A stretch of DNA of 64,000 bases, from assembly GCF_001194135.2 (NCBI RefSeq), contig NC_069003.1, positions 7,500,835 to 7,564,834 of the forward strand, written 5' to 3'. The position numbers were made by a program, and so were the translations under genes. Under the pieces are notes generated by a model. The model was given only the letters and a program-made list of their open reading frames with translations, searched no databases and had not been told where the DNA came from. Source of the DNA: Octopus bimaculoides. Its lineage: Eukaryota. Shown piece by piece: positions 49,726 through 64,000 of this stretch. Each line of letters begins with the position of its first letter. Positions within the stretch are counted from its first letter, which is position 1.

Positions 49726-51157
49726 AAGAACGGAATTAGTTGGTGAGCAAGACTGAACAAACAATAGGCAGACTTCTGCTGCTGAGATTTATATCAGACT
49801 ATTACATTCAAAGTACAGATCCATGAACTGTCGAGTCAGATGCTTTACAATTAAATCTAACTTTATTTTAATCTGTTATTCATATCTGGTTTGCAAGACT
49901 TTTTATGTGAATTGAAGCAAATTTTGGTGTGTCTAGGGAGAGTCATTATGCCATTATTAACACATACATTGGTTCAATTGCGCTTCTTTATTATCAGTCA
50001 ATTGGTTAAACATCCAACTAATTAATTGATTGGTTAAACAGTAAGTCATTTGTTTTGTTGTTGTTTGTCAAAGGTCTTTCATTGCTACTTGCAAATAAAC
50101 AATCAATAAGTTAGTTGGATATTTAACCAATTGACATAATTACTTTCCCTAGACACAACAAAATTCAATCTGTTAGTTCTCCTAAAAAACATATCATCAT
50201 CATCATCATCGTTTAACGTCTGCTTTCCATGCTAGCATGGGTTGGACGATTTGACTGAGGACTGGAAAGCCAGATGGCTACACAAGGCTCCAATCTGATT
50301 TGGCAGAGTTTCTACAGCTGGATGCCCTTCCTAACGCCAACCACTCCGAGAGTATAGCGGGTGCTTTTACGTGCCACCAGCATGAAGGCCAGTCAGATGG
50401 TACTGGCAACAGCCATGCTCAAAATGGTGTATTTTACGTGGCACTGGCATAATCTCGCTCGAATGTCTTTACACATGCCACCGGCACAAGTGCCAGGAAA
50501 GCGACACTGGGCACAGGTGCCATCACGATTTCACTTTCGCTTGCCCCAACAAGTCTTCACAAGCCGAGTTTCGTGTCCTGCATAGGAACCAGTCCAGCGG
50601 CACTGGCAATGATCTCACTCGAATTGGCAACGATCTCACTCATATATTATAGTGGAGTAGGCGAGTTTATGGGGTTACCCTGGGTTTCTTGGTCATAAAG
50701 GGTTTAGTCTTATGGTGTATCTTCAGACGGCCAGCAGTGTTTGGGGTCTAAAGATATGCCATAAGGCTAAACCCCTTATCAGCGAGAAACCCATCGTAAC
50801 CCCATAAACCGGCCTACCCCACCATAATATTAACTGCTCTACATCTTAGAATGTGCTTCTCCTCCGGATTTATATATTTTTACAAACTATCCTATATATA
50901 TATATATATTTATATATATATACATACATACACACACACACACACACATATATATTGTCATCATTATCATTTAACGTTCGTCTTACTTTCTGGTATGGGT
51001 TGAATTGTTTAACAGGAGCTGGCAACCCAGAGAACTACACAAAACTCCACTGCCTGTTTTGGCATGGTTTTTATGGCTGGATTCCCTTCCTAAAATCAAC
51101 CATTTTGCAGAGATTACTGAGTGCTTTTTATGTGGGACCAGCACTGACAAGGTCATA

Positions 51158-51188
<31 letters not shown>

Positions 51189-51785
51189 TGTTTGTGCTTA
51201 TACCCCCATTGCTTGACATTTTTTTTTCTTTTACATCCTGTAACTTAGCAGTTTGGCAAAAGAAACCAATAGAATAAGTGCCAGACTTTTTAAAAAATTG
51301 ATCTGCTTGACTAAAACCCTTCAAGGTGGTGCCCCAGTATGGTTACAATTCAATGACTAAAAGAAGTAAAAGATAAAAGAAAAAATAAAATAAAAGATAT
51401 AAATAAAAATTGTTTCATTTTTCTTTTCATTTGTGTAGGTTCTCATAAATTTGGAATTTTCGAGCACATAGAGGCCAAGGAAAAAGGGAATTTATTGACC
51501 TCCAATCAAGAGATACCCCTCAATCTGTTCAATGTGGAGAAGGCTGTACCATGTCCGCTGAGTGCAGGAGAGATGTCATTGCATCATGGGTTAACAGTGC
51601 ACGGCAGTGAACCAAATCTCTCTGATCGCCGTCGGTGTGGTTATGTCATTCGATACGTAGCTACGAATGCTTATTCGGTTAACGATCCAAACAGACCCCG
51701 GACATTCCCGGCCACTGTATTAGTATCCGGCAAAGATGAACTTCACAACTTCACTGATCATGCTCCTGAATGGTTTAAAATATGA
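45602..51785 (+). CDS. PhyH-family Fe(II)/2-oxoglutarate-dependent dioxygenase (phytanoyl-CoA dioxygenase-like); one internal exon not present in the assembled sequence
   Basis: Exons 45602-45734, 46536-46752, [missing phase 2->1 exon], 51439-51785. N-terminal FNKDGY motif, HxD facial-triad motif WHQD, GSH, distal His in LTVHGSEPN and the 2OG-binding Arg region RRCGYVIRY. Confidence 0.9.
46536..46752 (+). CDS. PhyH-like dioxygenase exon 2 (...VAWHQDV)
   Basis: Acceptor TTCAG| phase 1, donor AG|GTAAGA phase 2; HxD motif. Confidence 0.92.
47784..48470. other. Assembly gap (687 N) predicted to hide exon 3 of the PhyH-like gene
   Basis: The only gap between exon 2 and the terminal exon. Other gaps: 2324-2787, 5225-5627, 8804-9227, 13468-13636, 18248-18558, 18968-18977, 21419-22160, 37737-38291, 44991-45208, 45857-46038, 55155-55204, 58306-59205. 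Confidence 0.6.
49911..50169. mobile_element. Foldback MITE-like element
   Basis: AATTTTGGTGTGTCTAGGGAGAGTCATTATG and GTCAATTGGTTAAACATCCAACTAATTAATTGATT pair with reverse complements at 50100-50169. Confidence 0.7.
50644..50830. mobile_element. 187-bp imperfect palindrome (hairpin MITE-like)
   Basis: About 85-bp arms, ATATTATAGTGGAGTAGGCGAGTTTATGGGGTTAC... versus ...GTAACCCCATAAACCGGCCTACCCCACCATAATAT. Confidence 0.8.
51439..51785 (+). CDS. PhyH-like dioxygenase terminal exon (GSHKFG...VHGSEPN...WFKI*)
   Basis: Acceptor GTGTAG| phase 1, TGA at 51783-51785, AATAAA at 51919 and 51985. Confidence 0.92.
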
Positions 51786-53221
51786 ACTTTTATGACAGTA
51801 TGGAATACGTTTTATTGGTGCCAGTATTAAGATATAAGTAACCCTTATAATTAAAAGAACAGTTCTTTGAATCACAGACTGAAGAATACTTGCTTTGGCT
51901 CATTTTTTAGCATCAGGGAATAAAATTATACATTAGGGATCAATAATTAAAACCAGGCACCTTCATATTACCAGAGTAAAACTGAATAAAATAAATATTT
52001 AAATGTCAAAGAGTTGTTTGTTTCTTTGTTTAATTTTCTATCTTACTTGTTTCAGTCATTGGATTGTGGCCATGCTGGGGCACCGCCTCGAAGAAATTTT
52101 ACTGGAACTAATCGACCCCTATCATCATCATCATGACTATCATCATTTAGTGTTTGTTTTCCATGCTAGCATAGGTTGGACAGTTTGACAAGAGCTGGCT
52201 AGCTGAAGGGCCGCCTGGGCTCCATGTCTGTTATGGCATGGTTCCTGTGGCTGGATGCCACCTCCTTATGCCAACCATTTGGCAGAGTGCACTGGGTGCT
52301 TTTATGCAGCACCAGCATGGGCACTCTTATGTGGCACTGGCGCGGGTGCCTTTTACATGACACCAACCCCAGTACGTATCATTTCTTTGTAAAGCCTGTT
52401 ACTTAGTCTATTGGTCTCTTTTGTCGAACTGCTAAGTTACCTGGATGTAAATAGACCAACACCAGTTGTCAAACAACGGCTGGGGACAGACACACACACA
52501 AAGTCACACTCCGCATACATATATATAAATGATGGGATTCTTTCAGTTTCCATTTACCAAATCTGCTCACAAGGCTTTGGTCAGTTCGAGGCTATAGTAG
52601 AAGACACTTGTCCAAGTTGCCATGCAGTGGGACTGAACCTGGAACCGTGTGGCTGGGAAGCAAACTTCTTATCACACAGCCATGCTTGCACCCCTCTGTT
52701 TCTCTTTTTATGTTTTGTTTGTTTTAGTAGGGTGTGATGTGATGGAGATTTGGCTGCTGTTTCTGAATCTACGTAAACAAAACAAAAACAAAAAAAAACA
52801 ACTGAAAAAATATTATCAGTCAGTTTTATTATATAATGAATCTCTATTGATGAACCTGGAAAGGAATTTCAAGAATGGTCGTTTGTTTGTTTTGGGTTAT
52901 TTTCTTTTCCTTTGTTTTTGTTTGTTTAATTTATTTGTTTTGTCTGTTTGGTTTTGATTGCCTTTAAAAAGAATTTCTCCTCAAAGAATTTTTAATTAAC
53001 AAAACTGTCTTTCAGTTATTAATTTATTATTCCATCTCTATGTCTTCCCCGATGTCGTTTTCTGATGATTATTGGTTATCACGGATTATCAGAGACAAGA
53101 GTGAAATTTCATCGATCAGATTGAGCGATCGATTGATTCATTGATTGATTGACTTTCTTCTGTATTTAGATCAATATATTGCAGCGTATTTGTTATTGCT
53201 TAATTGCTATTTTCTCTCTAA

Positions 53222-53253
<32 letters not shown>

Positions 53254-53671
53254 CGCTTTTATTGATGACAATATTCACAAATTAATTTGTCTCACAGCTG
53301 TTAATGTAGACCAATCATTAATTGCCAGTCAGAACCAAAATATAATCTTTGTTAAAAGTTGGGGTAGTTTTGTTTTTGGAGTTTTCAATATATTTTTACC
53401 TGGAGACAATGCTGTCCTTCTCATTTGGTTGTGCAGTTTCCCATATGTTATAAAGGCTTAAGAGGCTTCTTTCAAGTGATGTAAGCTAACATCAAAGATT
53501 CATGTGGGAAATTAAAAAAACACACATGAATTAAATAAGACCAAACAGAGAAGCATGCAAACCATGCAAAACGAGTGATTTTTATGGTTGATTTGCAGAG
53601 GAAGAGGAGTATCTTGCATAAGTGAATATTTCTTAGTAAGCAGGAGAAGAAGTAAAAAGTATTGTTGTTTT

Positions 53672-62057
<8,386 letters not shown>

Positions 62058-62799
62058 CTGGAAGAAGAGCAACAAATTAAAAAACAAAAAACATTATAAA
62101 TTAAGTATGTAACTGCATTAATTAATTCTTTCTACTGGAAGCACGAGGCCTCAAATTTGGGGGAAGGGATTGAGTCGATTACATTGACCTCAGTGCATAA
62201 CTGGTACTTATTTAATCGACCCCGAAAGTATGAAAGGCAAAGTCGACCTGAGCAGAATTTGAACTCAGAATGTAGAAGCAGACGAAATACCACTAAGCAT
62301 TTCGCCTGGCATGCTAACGATTCGTTTCTATTCTAGTCACAAGAGTCGAAATTTTTGGGGAGGGGGCCAGTCAATTAGATCAACTTCAGTACGTAACTGG
62401 TGTTTAATTTATCGACCCTGAAAGGATGAAAGACAAAGTCGACCTCTGCGGAATTTGAACTCAGAGCGTAAAGACGGACGAAATACCGCTAAGCATTTCG
62501 CCCAGCATGCTAATGATTCTGCCAGCTCGCCACCTTTGTAGCTGCATTAATTAATGAAAATGCTCTGGTAAGACCCAGAAAGCAATGCCTTCTATTAAAG
62601 TCCCTGGCTGACCAATGCCTTGTGAGTGAAACTGGTAGAAGAAAACTCTATAGGATCCTTTTTGTATGTTTCTCTTTTGTTTTTAATTGCTTAAATTCTT
62701 CCTTTGAAGAAGGAGGTGTTTTCTAGCAAAGATACAAAGCTCAACCATTCAGATGTAGGTAACAAAAACAATGTCATGTTTTAAATCTGAGAAAAGTCT

Positions 62800-62854
62800 T
62801 GCAGAGTTTTATTGTTCCACTTACAAATTGTAAGTGGAGCAATAAAACTCTGCA
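62800..62854. repeat. 55-nt hairpin, 27-bp arms, one mismatch
   Basis: TGCAGAGTTTTATTGTTCCACTTACAA-A-TTGTAAGTGGAGCAATAAAACTCTGCA. Confidence 0.92.
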
Positions 62855-63602
62855 GTGCCGCCATCCAGTTTCTGTGACTGAAGAGGAGATAACTACTCCG
62901 AGCATGGTTAGGTGGCAATGTGAGCTGATTTAGGTGTATTTACAAGATATGTCTACAGCGAGAAATTTTTCCCATGACATAGCATGGTAAATGACCTGTT
63001 TACAAGACCGATCGTGCTTTAAGAATATTTGAACTGGTATCAACATTGCAAAAGAGCAAAAATTTGAAAAGATGCCACTCTGAATAAAATGAGTAATCTT
63101 TCGTCTCTCCTTCATTCTTTCTCCCCCATCACCCATCACTAGTCCCTAATTCTTTCTGAATCATTCCATATATTTCCTAAGTGTGTGCATGCAGGTATGT
63201 GCAAGCATGCATATATGTACGCATGTGCAGACATGCGTAACCAATATGACATAAACGCTGAAGAAGATATGATTTTCTTTTACATTAGAGCTTAAAATTG
63301 AACAATATTGCATTATTACATTCCTGATAAATCTACTTTGATTCCAGCAGATTTGAAGATACCACTTTTGTTTGCCGAGATCAAATATATTGGAGTTGTT
63401 GTATATTGAAAGGAACATATATGAGATTTTGCCGGGATTTTTAAAAGCCTTTACAAAGGACTTTATTGAGCATTTACAGTAAATTCATGTCTTATGCATT
63501 AATGATGTGTCTGTGGTACAAGGCTCTGCGTTGTGGCAATAATGCCTCTATCATGTCACTGGTCAAATATGGTGGGGGAAGCATTAGCATATTGAATTAT
63601 AT

Positions 63603-63649
<47 letters not shown>

Positions 63650-64000
63650 CATTCATGATGCATATTTATTGCGAGACAACTGTGAAGCACATATATACAC
63701 ACAGACACACATATATACACAAATGCATGCACACACACACACAGGTACACACACATCACATACACAACACACACACACACACACACACACACCTATATGT
63801 AGTAAGAAGAGGGATATATAAAGTCCGCTTTCCATGCTGGTATGGGTTGGACAGTTTGACTGAGGACTGGTGAGCCAGAGGCTGCACCAGGCTCAATCTG
63901 ATTTGGCAAACTTTCTACAGCTGGATGCCCTTCCTAATGCCAACCACTCCAAGAGTGTATACATACATACATACATACATATATATATATATGTATATAT

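Noticed and set aside
62860-63600. Candidates for the missing 5' exons of the TSP1 gene, including a GGTAEFYC Ig-like frame near 62870-62825
   Set aside because: None gave an open frame ending in a phase-1 donor compatible with exon 62057.

Overview
AT-rich (roughly 35% GC by eye), microsatellite-dense animal genomic DNA with spliceosomal introns and 13 N-gaps. The SINE/LINE content looks like an octopus (coleoid cephalopod) draft assembly; this is an inference I could not check. Most ORFs in the supplied track are translations of microsatellites or gaps. By walking GT-AG junctions and reading-frame phases I could rebuild three genes with good support and one candidate. (1) A complete 6-exon, 521-aa cis-aconitate decarboxylase ACOD1/IRG1 (itaconate synthase, MmgE/PrpD fold) on the minus strand, 31661->22880. 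It keeps every known active-site residue and has a ~50-aa basic N-terminal extension. (2) A PhyH-family Fe(II)/2-oxoglutarate dioxygenase on the plus strand, 45602->51785, head-to-head with ACOD1. One internal exon is missing, most likely inside gap 47784-48470. (3) A 5'-incomplete type I membrane protein with the architecture TSP1-TSP1-Ig-EGF-TM-short tail on the minus strand, 62057->53672, tail-to-tail with the dioxygenase. (4) A candidate minus-strand gene encoding a divergent C-type-lectin-like domain (exons 10518-10435, 6710-6519, 4220-4159). The rest is decayed mobile DNA (RLE-type non-LTR, RTE, Penelope-like, Tc1/mariner, hAT, Gypsy, piggyBac-like and other MITEs, several SINE families) and simple repeats. 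No CRISPR array, rRNA or intact tRNA gene was seen. The best leads are the ACOD1/dioxygenase divergent pair with a CpG-rich candidate shared promoter, the ACOD1 presequence, and the two unusual extracellular proteins.
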